Shown here in pieces: positions 1 through 10,549 of a stretch of 64,000 bases of DNA (positions are counted from its first letter, which is position 1; every line of letters starts with the position of its first letter). The notes under the pieces are model-generated. The model ran no database searches. It saw nothing but the letters and a program-made list of their open reading frames with translations, and was not told the origin of the DNA. Made by a program: the position numbers and the translations under genes. Origin of the DNA: Alphaproteobacteria bacterium (GTDB lineage Bacteria; Pseudomonadota; Alphaproteobacteria; MPNO01; UBA830). The stretch spans positions 1 through 64,000 of the forward strand of contig OZ251539.1 of assembly GCA_965243135.1 (NCBI GenBank). Reading direction: 5' to 3'.

Positions 1-3000
1 TCGGTCACGTCGGCCAGGCTGGTCGCGCCCGACTTGATGGCCTCGAAGACCGCCGCCGCGACCGCGATTTCCTCGTTTCCGAGCGCCGCCCGGAACTGCG
101 CCAGGATCGCCGTCCTTTGCGAATCGGCGTGCGTCGCCGACAGCAGGTTCATCTGCGCCGCATTGTTCGCGATCGCGCCCGGGTCGTCGCCCGTCGCCAC
201 CACCGACGTCACCTCGCGCCAGGCCAGGACGCGCGCCTCGACGCCCGCCGCCGCGCCGTAGTGGACGGCTGCCGCCGCCTCCTGGTCGAAGGAGAGCGCC
301 TCCGCGGCGGTCGCCGCCGAAAAGCGGCCGTTGTCGTTCGGAGCGACCGTGGCCGCCGTCCCGCGCGAGAACGTGCCCGTCCACGCGACGTCGATCAGCG
401 GCTGGGCCGTCCGCGACGGCGCCGTCCCGGCGGTGGTCCCGTGCGCCACCTCGACGTGGACGCCCGCGCGGCCCATGATCGTCCCGCCCTGGGTGACCAC
501 GACCTGGTTTTCGGGCGCGTCGCCGAGGGACGCGAAGATGCCGGCGGCGTGTTTCGAGGTGGCCCCGGCGCCCGAGGCGATGGTGACGGCGAGGTCGCCC
601 GTTCCCCGGTTCTGCGCATGGACGGCGGGCTTGTTCAGGCCCGCGGACCGGACCGTTCCGCCCTGCACGTCGACCGTCACGGTGCTGGCGTCGCCCGCCT
701 TGTTCGCGGCGAAAATGCCGGGATCGGTCATGCCGAACACGGTCCCGCCGGTGGTGGTGACCGAGACGGTGCCCGCGCCGAGCCGGTTGGCGAGGATGCC
801 GTAGCCCTGCGCCGTGACGGCGCCGTCGTTGACGACCGTGACCGTGCCCGTGTGGCCGGCGTTGTCCTCCGCAGAGATGCCGTGCATGGAGGTCGCGGCG
901 ATCGACGAGCCGGCGGTGGTGGTGATGGCGATATCGCCCGATGCCGCCGGATGGACGACCCGGATGCCGTAGGTTCCCGCCGTGATGGCCCCGGCGCTCT
1001 CGACCGTGACGTCGTCGCCCGCGTTCTCGACGTGGATCCCCGCCTCGCCGACGGTGACGCGCGCGGCGACGGTGACGGAAACGGCGCCGTTGTTGCTGTT
1101 GAACGTCGCGTATTCGGCGCGGATGCCGTCGCCGCGCGACGAATCGACGCCGTCCCCGGTCATGGTGACGACGACGTCGCCCGTGCCCCGGTTCAGCGCA
1201 TGGATGGCGGGCTTGCTCTCGCCCGCGGACCGGACCGCTCCGCCCGTCACGTTGACCGTCACGGTGCTGGCGTCGTTCTCCTTGTTCGCCGCGAAGATGC
1301 CGGGCTCGGTCATGCCGAACACGGTCCCGCCGGCGCTGGTGACGGAGACGGTGCCCGCGCCGAGCCGGTTGGCGAGGATGCCCCAGGTTCCCCCCGTGAC
1401 GTCGCCGTTGTTGGAGACCGTGACCGTGCCCGTGTGGCCGGCGTTGTCCTGCGGATGGATGCCGGCGCCGTCGTCCGCGGCGATCGACGAGCCGGCGGTG
1501 GTGGTGATGGCGATGTCGCCCGAGGTTCCCGGCTGGACGACCCGGATGCCGTCGGTGCCCGCCCGGATGGCCGCGCCGCTGGTGACCGTGACGGCGCCGC
1601 CCGCGTTGGCGACGTAGATGCCCGCCTTGCCGCCGGCGATGCTCGTGCCCGCGCCGACGGTGACGGTGATGGTGCCGTTGTTGTTGTTGGGCGTCGCGTA
1701 GTAGGCGCGGATGCCGTCGCCGCGCGAATCGATGCTCCCCCCGGTCATGCGGACGCGGATGTTGCCGACGTTGTAGCGGGTGAGCAGAGCGTTCACCGCG
1801 GTCCGGTAGGCGGCGGAGAAGGCCGCGTCCGCGTCGGCGAGCGCGGCGGCGAGGCCCTCGCCCGTCGCCGCCGCCCGCAGCACCGCCTTCTCCTTGTCCG
1901 AGAGGCCCTGCGCCAGGACGTTCCGCAGCAGGATTCTGCGGTCGCTCGCGCTCAGATACGTCACGATCTCCGCGTCCGTCACTTCGGCCAGGCTGGTCGC
2001 GCCCGGCTTGATGGCCTCGAAGACCGCCGCCGCGACCGCGATTTCCTCGTTTCCGAGCGCCGCCTTGAACTGCGCCAGGATCGCCGTCCTCTCGGAATCG
2101 GCATGCGTCGTCGACAGCAGGTTCGCCTGCGCCGTGGCGTCCGCGATCGCGCCCGGATCGTCGCCCTTCGCCGCCTGCGCCGCGACGTCCCGCCACGACA
2201 GGGCGTGCGCCTCGATGCCCGCCGCCCCGCCGTAGCGGAGCGACCCCTCCATGGCCTTCGCGGCCGCCGCCTCCTGGTCGAACTTCAGCGCGTCCGCGAC
2301 GCTCGCCGCCGCGAAGCGGCCGTTGTCGTTCGGGGCGACAGCGGCCGGCGTCCCGCGCGAGAGCGTGCCCGTCCACGCGACGTCGATCAGCGGCTGGGCC
2401 GACCCAGCCCGCGCCGTCGGCGTCGCGGCGGTGGCTCCGTGCGCCACCCGGACGCGGACCCCCGTGCGCCCCTGGATCGCCCCGCCCTGGGTGACCTCGA
2501 CCTGGTTGTCGGGCGCGTCGCCGAGGTCGGCGAAGACGCCGGCGGCGTGTTTCGAGGTGGCCCCGGCGCCCGAGGCGATGGTGACCTCGACGTCCCCCGT
2601 CCCCCGGTTCCACGCATGGATGGCGGGCTTGTTCCTGCCCGTGGACCGGACCGTTCCGCCCTGCACGTCGACCGTCACCGCGTTGACGACGCCCTCCTTG
2701 TTCGCGGCGAAGATGCCGGACTCGGTCATGCCGAACACGGTCCCGCCGTTGTTGGTGACGGAGACGCCGCCCGCCCCGAGCCGGTTGGCGTAGATGCCCC
2801 AGGTTCCCGCCGTGATGTCGCCGTTGTTGGTGACCGTCACCGTGCCCGCGTAGCCGTCGTTGTCCTGCGGATGGATGCCGGCGCCGGCGTCCGCGGTGAT
2901 CGACGAGCCGGCGGTGGTGGTGATGGTGATGTCGCCCATGGTCCCCGGCTTGATCACCCGGATGCCGTCGGTCCCCGCCCGGATGGTCCCGGCGCTCTCG

Positions 3001-5399
3001 ACCGTGACGGTGCCGCCCGCGTTGGCGACGTAAATCCCCGCCTTGCTGCCCTCGACGGTCGCGCCCGCGGCGATGGCGACGTCGATCTTGCCGTTGCTGT
3101 CGTGCGGCGTCGCGTAGTAGGCGCGGATGCCGTCGCCCCGCGAGGCGGCGATGGAACCGCTGCGCACGTTGACGCGGATGTCGCCGACATTGTAGCGGTC
3201 CAGCAGCGCCTTCACCAGGCTCCAGTAGTCGCCGTCGTCCGAGGTGTCGTCCGTGAAGCCCGCGGCGGTGAGCGCGGCGTCCACGCCGTCGTTCGTCGCC
3301 ACCGCCCGCAGGATCGCCTTCTCCCCGTCCGTGAGGCCCTGCGCCAGAACGTTCCGCAGCAGGGTTCTGCGGCCGGCGTTGTCCACGCGCAGGAAGGCCA
3401 CGATCTGGGCGTCGGTCAGGTCGCTGGCCGCGGTGGTGGCGGTGGTGCCGATGGCGGTGAGGAGCGCTGGCGCGACCGCGATCTCGTCGTTCTCCAGCGC
3501 CGCCCGGAACCGGGCGACGTAGGCGTTGTCGGCGACGGTGGCGCCGGTGGGCACGGCCGTCGTCTGCGCCGCGGCGTTCGCGAACGCGCCCGGGTCGTCG
3601 CCCTTCGCCACCACCTCCACAACGTCGCGCCACGATATGGCGTAGGCCTCGATGCCGGCCGGGCCGCCATAGACGCCGCCGCTGCCCTTGCTGCCCTCCG
3701 CCTCCCGGTCGAAGGTCAGCACCTGCCCGGCGCCCGCATTCCCCGCGCCCACCGTCGCAAAGCGGCCGTCGTCGTTGGCCGCGGTCCCGGTCGTTCCGCG
3801 GGCGGTCGCCCCGGACGAGGCGGTGCTGCCCCAGGCGACGTCGATCAGCGGGGCCGACGACGAGCGCGGCGTCACCGTCGCGGCGGTGTTGCTGGACGCC
3901 ACCTGGACGACGATGCCCGACCGCCCCGCCGAAAGCGCGCCGGCGGAATGGGTGACCGAGACGGCGCCGGTGGTCGCGGGCGGCAGGACCTCGTCGATCC
4001 AGATGGCGTTCACCCCCGCCGTGATGGCGCCGCTGTTGTCGATCGTCATATCGCCGGTGCCGTCGGGCCGCTGGATGCGGATGCCGTCCCCTTCCTCCGA
4101 CGTGATGGCGCCGCTGTTGGTGAGCTCGAAGTCGTCCGCCACGTTCCCCGTCGTCGTCATGGGCCTGTAGGCGTAGAGGGCGTGGTTCTTCGAGCGCAGG
4201 GCGCCTTCGTTGACGACCGTGACGTCGCCGCTGTTGGCGGCGTAGGTTCTTCCGTCGCCGAAGGTGACGCCCTCCGTCAGATAGATGGCGTGCCCCAGGT
4301 GCTGCGCCGCGTCGCCCGTCACCGTGATGGCGCCGCGGTTGGTGAGCTCGACATCGCCGCCAGAGACCTTCTTGAGCCGGATGCCGTATTCGGACGCCGT
4401 GATGGCGCCGGAGTTCGTGAGCGTGACGGCGGCGGCGCTCTGGTTGTCCCAGTATTCGTAGTTGAACTGGATGCCCTGCCTGGCCGTCTGCCCCGCCACC
4501 GCGCCGATGTCGCCGCTGTTGTCGAGGCTCATGGCGCCGACGCCCCAGTTGCGCAGCACGATGCCGGTATAGGGGCCGCCCACCGTGATGGCGCCACTGT
4601 TGGTGACGCTCAGCGTGCCGGTCATCTGGGTTCCCCCATACAGCACGTGGATGCCGTGCGGCCGGTCGAAGTAGGCGCCGGTGGCGGAGGGGTTGTTCAC
4701 GCCCGAGAAGATGGCGCCGCTGTTGGTGAGGGTGGTCTCGTCGTTGGTGCCCCCGTTCTCCCGGACAAAATGGATGCCCTGCCTGGCGGCGTAGATGGTC
4801 GCCGCGCTGGTGAATCTGGCGCTGCCGGCGCCCCGGCCCTGGCTGATCTGATTGGAGCGCCAGTGCAGGAAGATGCCGCGCTGCTTCATCGGCGCGCTCG
4901 AACTGCCGATGGTCACCCCGGCTCTCACGTTGACCGTTGCCCACGACTCGAGGCGATTCTGCATAAAATGGATGCCGTGGTTGTAGGCGTCGCTGGTTCT
5001 CGTGTTCGTTCCCTGGACGATGTTGACGATGTGGGCGGTCCCGCCCGTCGCGCCGCCGACGTTGAGCGTGACGCCTTGCCGTGTGGTGACTTTCAGCTTG
5101 ATGCCGGTCGACTGCGAGGCGCCCGACGTGATGGTGGTGGGCCCGGAGCTGCGGCCCGGGACGTTGACCGTGCTGCCGTTGCCGAAACCTAGGGGGTTGG
5201 TATCGAAGTACTTGATGCCGTCGGGATAGTCCGCGTTCCCGCAGGTGATGACGGCCTGGTTCGCGCTCCCGCATTCCGTCTCCGCCCGCGCCTCCCCCGG
5301 CGCCAGCAACAACACCGCCGCCACCGCCAGCGCCCCGCCGCCCGGAACGCCGGAAACGCGCATGGCCAGCTTGCCGCCCGCCGCTTCCAGGGCCTTCAT
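1..5399 (-). CDS. Giant secreted adhesin / autotransporter-like passenger protein (>=1799 aa, 3' end beyond window)
   Basis: Open minus-strand frame from ATG 5399 (AGGAGG RBS upstream) to the window edge. Signal peptide ...ALAVAAVLLLAPGEARA, many Gly/Thr/Asn/Val beta-helix-like repeats (TNSGAIT, GIRV, VTVTNNGD) and three copies of a helical module. The beta-barrel is not visible here. Confidence 0.85.
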   Translation of the reverse strand, partial: MKALEAAGGKLAMRVSGVPGGGALAVAAVLLLAPGEARAETECGSANQAVITCGNADYPDGIKYFDTNPLGFGNGSTVNVPGRSSGPTTITSGASQSTGIKLKVTTRQGVTLNVGGATGGTAHIVNIVQGTNTRTSDAYNHGIHFMQNRLESWATVNVRAGVTIGSSSAPMKQRGIFLHWRSNQISQGRGAGSARFTSAATIYAARQGIHFVRENGGTNDETTLTNSGAIFSGVNNPSATGAYFDRPHGIHVLYGGTQMTGTLSVTNSGAITVGGPYTGIVLRNWGVGAMSLDNSGDIGAVAGQTARQGIQFNYEYWDNQSAAAVTLTNSGAITASEYGIRLKKVSGGDVELTNRGAITVTGDAAQHLGHAIYLTEGVTFGDGRTYAANSGDVTVVNEGALRSKNHALYAYRPMTTTGNVADDFELTNSGAITSEEGDGIRIQRPDGTGDMTIDNSGAITAGVNAIWIDEVLPPATTGAVSVTHSAGALSAGRSGIVVQVASSNTAATVTPRSSSAPLIDVAWGSTASSGATARGTTGTAANDDGRFATVGAGNAGAGQVLTFDREAEGSKGSGGVYGGPAGIEAYAISWRDVVEVVAKGDDPGAFANAAAQTTAVPTGATVADNAYVARFRAALENDEIAVAPALLTAIGTTATTAASDLTDAQIVAFLRVDNAGRRTLLRNVLAQGLTDGEKAILRAVATNDGVDAALTAAGFTDDTSDDGDYWSLVKALLDRYNVGDIRVNVRSGSIAASRGDGIRAYYATPHDSNGKIDVAIAAGATVEGSKAGIYVANAGGTVTVESAGTIRAGTDGIRVIKPGTMGDITITTTAGSSITADAGAGIHPQDNDGYAGTVTVTNNGDITAGTWGIYANRLGAGGVSVTNNGGTVFGMTESGIFAANKEGVVNAVTVDVQGGTVRSTGRNKPAIHAWNRGTGDVEVTIASGAGATSKHAAGVFADLGDAPDNQVEVTQGGAIQGRTGVRVRVAHGATAATPTARAGSAQPLIDVAWTGTLSRGTPAAVAPNDNGRFAAASVADALKFDQEAAAAKAMEGSLRYGGAAGIEAHALSWRDVAAQAAKGDDPGAIADATAQANLLSTTHADSERTAILAQFKAALGNEEIAVAAAVFEAIKPGATSLAEVTDAEIVTYLSASDRRILLRNVLAQGLSDKEKAVLRAAATGEGLAAALADADAAFSAAYRTAVNALLTRYNVGNIRVRMTGGSIDSRGDGIRAYYATPNNNNGTITVTVGAGTSIAGGKAGIYVANAGGAVTVTSGAAIRAGTDGIRVVQPGTSGDIAITTTAGSSIAADDGAGIHPQDNAGHTGTVTVSNNGDVTGGTWGILANRLGAGTVSVTSAGGTVFGMTEPGIFAANKENDASTVTVNVTGGAVRSAGESKPAIHALNRGTGDVVVTMTGDGVDSSRGDGIRAEYATFNSNNGAVSVTVAARVTVGEAGIHVENAGDDVTVESAGAITAGTYGIRVVHPAASGDIAITTTAGSSIAATSMHGISAEDNAGHTGTVTVVNDGAVTAQGYGILANRLGAGTVSVTTTGGTVFGMTDPGIFAANKAGDASTVTVDVQGGTVRSAGLNKPAVHAQNRGTGDLAVTIASGAGATSKHAAGIFASLGDAPENQVVVTQGGTIMGRAGVHVEVAHGTTAGTAPSRTAQPLIDVAWTGTFSRGTAATVAPNDNGRFSAATAAEALSFDQEAAAAVHYGAAAGVEARVLAWREVTSVVATGDDPGAIANNAAQMNLLSATHADSQRTAILAQFRAALGNEEIAVAAAVFEAIKSGATSLADVT

Positions 5400-5425
5400 G
5401 CCGAACCTCCTATCGTCCATGACGC

Positions 5426-5438
5426 GGGGGGGGGGGGG
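5426..5438. repeat. G13 homopolymer (C13 on adhesin coding strand)
   Basis: gacgc-GGGGGGGGGGGGG-cgatg read directly; lies about 27 nt upstream of ATG 5399 and downstream of an in-frame ATG at 5450. Confidence 0.9.
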
Positions 5439-5573
5439 CGATGCCGCCATCGTTGCTTCCAACCATCTTCGGAACCCTCATCGAAATCGAATCTTCCGAA
5501 CATTAAGATACCATGATTCGCTGCGCCGTGGGAATCGGAAAGTGCTATGATCCGCCGAAGCAGGGAGAAGGGC

Positions 5574-6446
5574 ATGGAACCGAGGCGCTACGGACCGTTC
5601 CGCTACGTCTCCGTCAATCGCCGTCCGAAGATCGCGTGGCCGGACGGCAACCACTTGGCGTTGTGGGTGATTCCCAACGTCGAGACGTTCCCTCTCGACG
5701 AACCGGTTCCCGGCGGAACCGGCGTCGCGCCGGACGTCATCAACTGGGCGCCGCGCGACTACGGCGCGCGCGTCGGCGCGTTCAGGCTGATGGAGGTCCT
5801 GGCGAAGCATGGAATCCGCGGCACCGCGGCGCTCAACAGCGAGGTCTGCGACGATTACCCCGAGATCGTCGAGGACGCCCTCGCGCTCGAATGGGAGTTC
5901 ATGGGGCACAACCAGTCCAACAGCCGCTACCTCCATGCGCTGGACGACGCCGCCGGCCGCCGCGTCGTCGCCGACTCGCTCGACCGGATCGAACGCGCGG
6001 CCGGCGTCAGGCCCAGAGGCTGGCTGAGTTCGGGACTCCAGGAAAACTGGACGACGCTGGACGCGCTCGTCGAGTGCGGCTGCGCCTACGTCGCCGACTG
6101 GGTCAACGACGATCAGCCCTACGTCATGGAACTCGCCGGCGGACGGCTGTGCTCGATTCCCTACTCGATCGAAATCAACGATCTCCCGCAATGCCTGCGC
6201 AACGGCAGGACGGCCCAGGAGTTCGGCGACATGATACGCCGCCAGTTCGACACGCTTTACCGCGAAAGCGTCGAAAGCGGGTCCGGCCGGGTGATGGCGA
6301 TCTGCCTCCACCCGTTCGTCATCGGCGTGCCGCACCGCATCGGCGCCCTGGACGACGCGCTCGGCTACGTCTGCCGCCATGACGGGGTATGGAAGGCCAC
6401 GGGCTCGGAGATCGTCGACCACTACGTGAAGGGAGAGGTCTTCTGA
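5574..6446 (+). CDS. Polysaccharide deacetylase family (PuuE/allantoinase-like)
   Basis: WPDG..LALWVIPNVE, RDYGARVG, WEFMGH, GWLSSG, LHPFVIG motifs; GGGAGAAG RBS. Confidence 0.85.
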   Translation: MEPRRYGPFRYVSVNRRPKIAWPDGNHLALWVIPNVETFPLDEPVPGGTGVAPDVINWAPRDYGARVGAFRLMEVLAKHGIRGTAALNSEVCDDYPEIVEDALALEWEFMGHNQSNSRYLHALDDAAGRRVVADSLDRIERAAGVRPRGWLSSGLQENWTTLDALVECGCAYVADWVNDDQPYVMELAGGRLCSIPYSIEINDLPQCLRNGRTAQEFGDMIRRQFDTLYRESVESGSGRVMAICLHPFVIGVPHRIGALDDALGYVCRHDGVWKATGSEIVDHYVKGEVF

Positions 6447-7507
6447 CGCGCCCGCCCGTCTGGGCCCTGGGATTGATGAGCGGCACGTCGATCGACGGCG
6501 TCGATGCGGCGATCGTCAGGACGGACGGCGAACGCGTCCTCGGTTTCGGACCCGCCTGCACCGTTCCCTACGACGCCCGCCTGCGGGCGGAAATAAGGGC
6601 TTGCCTCGGGAAGCCGAGCGTCGGTCGGGACCTGGTCCGCCGGATCACCGAACGGCACGTCGACGCCGCCCGCCTCGCGTTGTCGCGGCACCGCGAACCG
6701 GTCTCGCTGATCGGGATGCACGGACAGACGATTCTGCACGCGCCCGCCGCGCGCCTGACCCTGCAGGCGGGAGACGGCGCGGCGCTCGCGGCGGCGACCG
6801 GCATCGACGTGGTTTGCGATTTCCGCGGCGCCGACGTCGCGGCCGGCGGGCAGGGAGCGCCGCTGGCGCCGCTCTACCACCGGGCGCTGTGCGCCGGCCT
6901 CGCCCGGCCGGTCGCCGTGCTGAACGTCGGCGGGATCGCGAACGTGACCTGGATCGGCGACGGCGACGATCCCGTCGCTTTCGACGCCGGTCCCGGAAAC
7001 GGGCTGCTCGACGACTGGATTTCCGCGAGGACCGGCGAGGCGTTCGACCGCGACGGAACCTTCAGCGCCGCGGGGACGGTCGACCGGGGCGCGCTGGCCG
7101 CCCTGCTCCGGCATCCTTATTTCCGCGCGGCTCCGCCGAAGTCCCTCGACCGGCTCGATTTCGATATCGGCGCAGTCGACGGGCTTTCGCTTCGGGACGG
7201 AGCGGCGACACTGGCCCGGTTCACTTGCGAAGCGGCGGGCCTCGCCGCGGCGCATTTGCCTTCGCCGCCGCGCCGCTGGCTGGCGACGGGCGGCGGGCGG
7301 AGGAATCCGACCCTCATGAAGGGGCTCGCGGCGGCGCTGGACGCGCCGGTCGCGCCGGTCGAGGACGCCGGATGGGACGGCGACGCGCTCGAGGCGCAGG
7401 CGTTCGCGTTTCTCGCGGTGCGTTCCGTTCGGAAGTTGCCGCTCAGCGTTCCGACGACGACCGGCGCCCCCCGGCCGCTGACCGGCGGGCGTCTGTGCGC
7501 CGCCTGA
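6443..7507 (+). CDS. anmK: Anhydro-N-acetylmuramic acid kinase
   Basis: GLMSGTSIDGVDAA, HGQT, GGQGAPLAP, NVGGIANVT, EAQAFAFLA motifs. The start is uncertain (CTG overlapping the upstream TGA). Confidence 0.93.
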   Translation: MTRPPVWALGLMSGTSIDGVDAAIVRTDGERVLGFGPACTVPYDARLRAEIRACLGKPSVGRDLVRRITERHVDAARLALSRHREPVSLIGMHGQTILHAPAARLTLQAGDGAALAAATGIDVVCDFRGADVAAGGQGAPLAPLYHRALCAGLARPVAVLNVGGIANVTWIGDGDDPVAFDAGPGNGLLDDWISARTGEAFDRDGTFSAAGTVDRGALAALLRHPYFRAAPPKSLDRLDFDIGAVDGLSLRDGAATLARFTCEAAGLAAAHLPSPPRRWLATGGGRRNPTLMKGLAAALDAPVAPVEDAGWDGDALEAQAFAFLAVRSVRKLPLSVPTTTGAPRPLTGGRLCAA

Positions 7508-7522
7508 AGCGGGGGGCGGCGC

Positions 7523-8203
7523 TTACGCGTGGGCGGAGCTCGCGTCGTACAGCATCGGGTTCACGCCGATGACCGCGGAATTCAGGTAGTCGTCGAGCTG
7601 CGCCGTCAGTTCGTCCGTCCGGTCGTCGAAAAAGTGATCCGCTCCTTCCACGATCCGGTAGTCGATCGTGATGTCGCGCTGTTGGGAAAGCCTTTCCGTC
7701 AGTTCGCTGACCTGTTCGACGGGCACGATCTTGTCGTCGGCGCCGTGCACGAAGAGGCCGGACGACGGGCAGGGGGCGAGGAAGGAGAAGTCGTAGAGGC
7801 TGGCCGGCGGCGCGACCGAAACGAAACCGGTGATTTCGGGCCGGCGCATCAGGAGTTGCATCGCGATCCAGGCTCCGAACGAAAAGCCGGCGATCCAGCA
7901 TTGCGGCGAGTCGGGATTCGTCGATTGCAGCCAGTCCAGCGCGGCCGCCGCGTCCGAAAGTTCGCCCTCGCCCTCGTCGTAAGCGCCCTGGGAGCGTCCG
8001 ACGCCCCGGAAATTGAACCGCAGAACCGAAAACCCCCGTCGCGCGTAACAGTGAAACATCTGGTACACGACGCGGTTGTTCATCGACCCGCCGTACAGCG
8101 GGTGCGGATGCAGAATCAGGGCGACGGAAGGATTTTCCTGTTTGCTTCGGTGGTAGCGGCCTTCGAGGCGGCCTTCGGGTCCGTTGAAGATGATCTCCGG
8201 CAT
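7523..8203 (-). CDS. Alpha/beta hydrolase (conserved alphaproteobacterial, next to cysteine desulfurase)
   Basis: MPEIIFNGPEGRLEGRY, HPHPLYGGSMNN, GFSFG nucleophile elbow, ADHFF. Confidence 0.9.
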   Translation of the reverse strand: MPEIIFNGPEGRLEGRYHRSKQENPSVALILHPHPLYGGSMNNRVVYQMFHCYARRGFSVLRFNFRGVGRSQGAYDEGEGELSDAAAALDWLQSTNPDSPQCWIAGFSFGAWIAMQLLMRRPEITGFVSVAPPASLYDFSFLAPCPSSGLFVHGADDKIVPVEQVSELTERLSQQRDITIDYRIVEGADHFFDDRTDELTAQLDDYLNSAVIGVNPMLYDASSAHA

Positions 8204-8335
8204 TCGGCGGTCTCCGTCGGCGCCGCCGGCCGGCGGCGCTGTTGACACTCGTGGAACGGGATATAGGCTGCGCCCGTTTCCACGCAAGCTGACCGAATAT
8301 AGCACGGTCGGCTGCTCGAATCATCGAGAGCGCCC

Positions 8336-9436
8336 ATGGATTCCGCCGTCTACCTGGACAGCAACGCGACGGCGAAGGTGCGCCCGGAAGTGGTGCGGGC
8401 CGTTGCCGAGGCGATGGCGGAAGGGGGCAACGCGTCGTCGGTTCATGCGGCCGGCCGCCGCGCCCGCAGGACGGTCGAGGACGCCCGCGGCGCCGTCGCG
8501 GCGCTGGTCGGCGCGTCGCCCGAACAGGTCGTGTTCACCAGCGGCGGCACCGAGGCGAACAACCAGGTCATGCGGGAATGCCGTCCCCGCCGGACCGTCG
8601 TCAGCGCGATCGAGCATCCGGCGGTTCTCGAGGCGTGTCCGGGCGCGGCGCAGGCGCCCGTGAACGCGGACGGCGTCGTCGATCTCGGGGAACTGGAGGC
8701 GGCGCTCCGAAGCGCCGAAAAACCCGAATGGGTCGCGCTGATGCTGGCGAACAACGAGACCGGCGTGCTGCAGCCGGTGGCCGAAGCCGCGGAGATCGCC
8801 CATGGCTTCGGAGCGAAGCTTCACTGCGACGCGGTGCAGGCCGCGGGAAAGGTTCCCCTCGACTTCGCCGGCCTCGGCGCGGACTCCATGGCGGTTGCGG
8901 CTCACAAGTTCGGGGGACCGCAGGGCGTCGGCGCTCTCGTCGTTCGCGACCCCGGCGCGGTTTCCTGTCTGCTCCGGGGCGGAGGCCAGGAGCGGGGCTT
9001 GCGGGGCGGAACCGAGAGCTGCGCCCTGATCGCGGGGTTCGGCGTCGCGGCCCGCATCGCCGCCGAGCGGATGCGGGAATTCGCCGCGCTCGCCGAGCTG
9101 CGGGACGGGATCGAGGAGAGGCTCGCGTCGACGACGCCGGGATTCAGGGTTTTCGGCGGCCGCGCGCCCCGGCTTCCCAACACCTCCAAGCTGTTGATGC
9201 CCGGCGTGAGGTCGGAGGTCCAGGTGATGTCCTTCGATCTGGCGGGGATCGCCGTCAGCGCCGGTTCGGCGTGTTCGGCCGGCCGGGTCGCGCCGCCCTA
9301 CGTTCTCTCCGCGATGGGCGTCCCCGATGACGAGGCGCTCTGCGCCCTGCGCGTCAGCCTTGGGTGGCACAGCGTCCCCGGCGATATCGACCGTCTGGTC
9401 GACGCCTGGCGCGACGCGTTCGCGCGCCGCTCCTGA
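8336..9436 (+). CDS. Cysteine desulfurase (IscS/NifS-like, PLP)
   Basis: [43 protein letters not shown]. Confidence 0.93.
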   Translation: MDSAVYLDSNATAKVRPEVVRAVAEAMAEGGNASSVHAAGRRARRTVEDARGAVAALVGASPEQVVFTSGGTEANNQVMRECRPRRTVVSAIEHPAVLEACPGAAQAPVNADGVVDLGELEAALRSAEKPEWVALMLANNETGVLQPVAEAAEIAHGFGAKLHCDAVQAAGKVPLDFAGLGADSMAVAAHKFGGPQGVGALVVRDPGAVSCLLRGGGQERGLRGGTESCALIAGFGVAARIAAERMREFAALAELRDGIEERLASTTPGFRVFGGRAPRLPNTSKLLMPGVRSEVQVMSFDLAGIAVSAGSACSAGRVAPPYVLSAMGVPDDEALCALRVSLGWHSVPGDIDRLVDAWRDAFARRS

Positions 9437-9442
9437 CCGGCG

Positions 9443-9772
9443 ATGCCGAAGATCGTTTTCGTTTCTCCCGGCGGCGCGCGGGTCGAGGTCGAAGCGGCCG
9501 CCGGCGCCTCGATCCTTCAACTGGCGTGGGACAGCGGCGCCGGCGTCGAAGGCGCCTGCGAAGGCGCGATGGCGTGTTCGACCTGTCACGTGATCGTCGA
9601 TGCGGCGCACTTCGAACGCTTGCCGCCGGCTTCGGAAGAGGAGAAGGATCTGCTGGACCTTGCCTGGGGTCTGCGGCCGACGTCGCGGCTCGGTTGCCAG
9701 ATCGTCGTGACCGACGAGACGGACGGCATGGAACTGACGTTGCCGGCCGGAACCAACAACCAGATGATGTAG
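9443..9772 (+). CDS. fdx: 2Fe-2S ferredoxin (adrenodoxin/ISC type)
   Basis: [15 protein letters not shown] ... SRLGCQ. Confidence 0.92.
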   Translation: MPKIVFVSPGGARVEVEAAAGASILQLAWDSGAGVEGACEGAMACSTCHVIVDAAHFERLPPASEEEKDLLDLAWGLRPTSRLGCQIVVTDETDGMELTLPAGTNNQMM

Positions 9773-9832
9773 ACGGCGCAGTCCGGCGGCGGCGGGCCGT
9801 CCGGCGGGCGCCGTCCGCGGAAGGAGGGGAAA

Positions 9833-10549
9833 TTGACGGCTTTCTTTTCTCGTCTGAAGGACGCCGATCCCGGCGCGTGGACGGCCTATACGCGCCACGA
9901 GTTCGTGCGCCTCGTCGGCGCGGGCGCGCTGCCGGAAGCCTGCTTCCGCCGGTATCTGATCCAGGATTATCTTTTCCTGGTGCATTTTGCGCGGGCATGG
10001 GCGCTGGCGGCGTTCAAATCGGACGATCCGGACGAGATTCGCGCCGCCGCGGCGACGCTCGCCGCGACCGTGGGCGAGGAGATGAAGCTGCATGTCGAGT
10101 TCTGCGCCGGCTGGGGAATCGCGGAAGCGGAAATGGCGGCCGCGACCGAAGCGATGGAAACCGTCGCCTACACGCGCTACGTCATGGAGCGCGGCATGGC
10201 CGGCGACGTTCTCGACCTGCAGGTGGCGCTGGCGCCCTGCGTCGTCGGTTACGCGGAAATCGGGCGCTTTCTCCGCGACGATCCCGCGACGGCGCTCGAC
10301 GGCAATCCCTATCGCGCCTGGATCGAGATGTACGCCGGCGACGAGTATGCGGCGGTGGCGCGCGGCGCGGTCGACCTGCTCGACAGGCTGGCGGCGCGCC
10401 GCGGCGGCGGCGACCGTTTTCGGGACCTTGCGTCGACCTTCGTCCAGGCGACGCGTCTCGAGACGGCCTTCTGGGACATGGGCCTCGGGGAGGCCGGCCG
10501 GAAAGATCGTTCTCCGGCCGGCCGGGGACGTCAGCTTTCGCCGCCGTAA
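9833..10549 (+). CDS. tenA: Thiaminase II / TenA family
   Basis: [40 protein letters not shown]; TTG start after GGAGG. Confidence 0.9.
   Translation: MTAFFSRLKDADPGAWTAYTRHEFVRLVGAGALPEACFRRYLIQDYLFLVHFARAWALAAFKSDDPDEIRAAAATLAATVGEEMKLHVEFCAGWGIAEAEMAAATEAMETVAYTRYVMERGMAGDVLDLQVALAPCVVGYAEIGRFLRDDPATALDGNPYRAWIEMYAGDEYAAVARGAVDLLDRLAARRGGGDRFRDLASTFVQATRLETAFWDMGLGEAGRKDRSPAGRGRQLSPP

Noticed and set aside
117-5192. 1691-aa plus-strand ORF
   Set aside because: Arg-rich antisense shadow of the real minus-strand adhesin gene, typical of high-GC DNA
9773-9832. TPP riboswitch before tenA
   Set aside because: The gap is only ~60 bp and lacks the conserved TPP aptamer motifs
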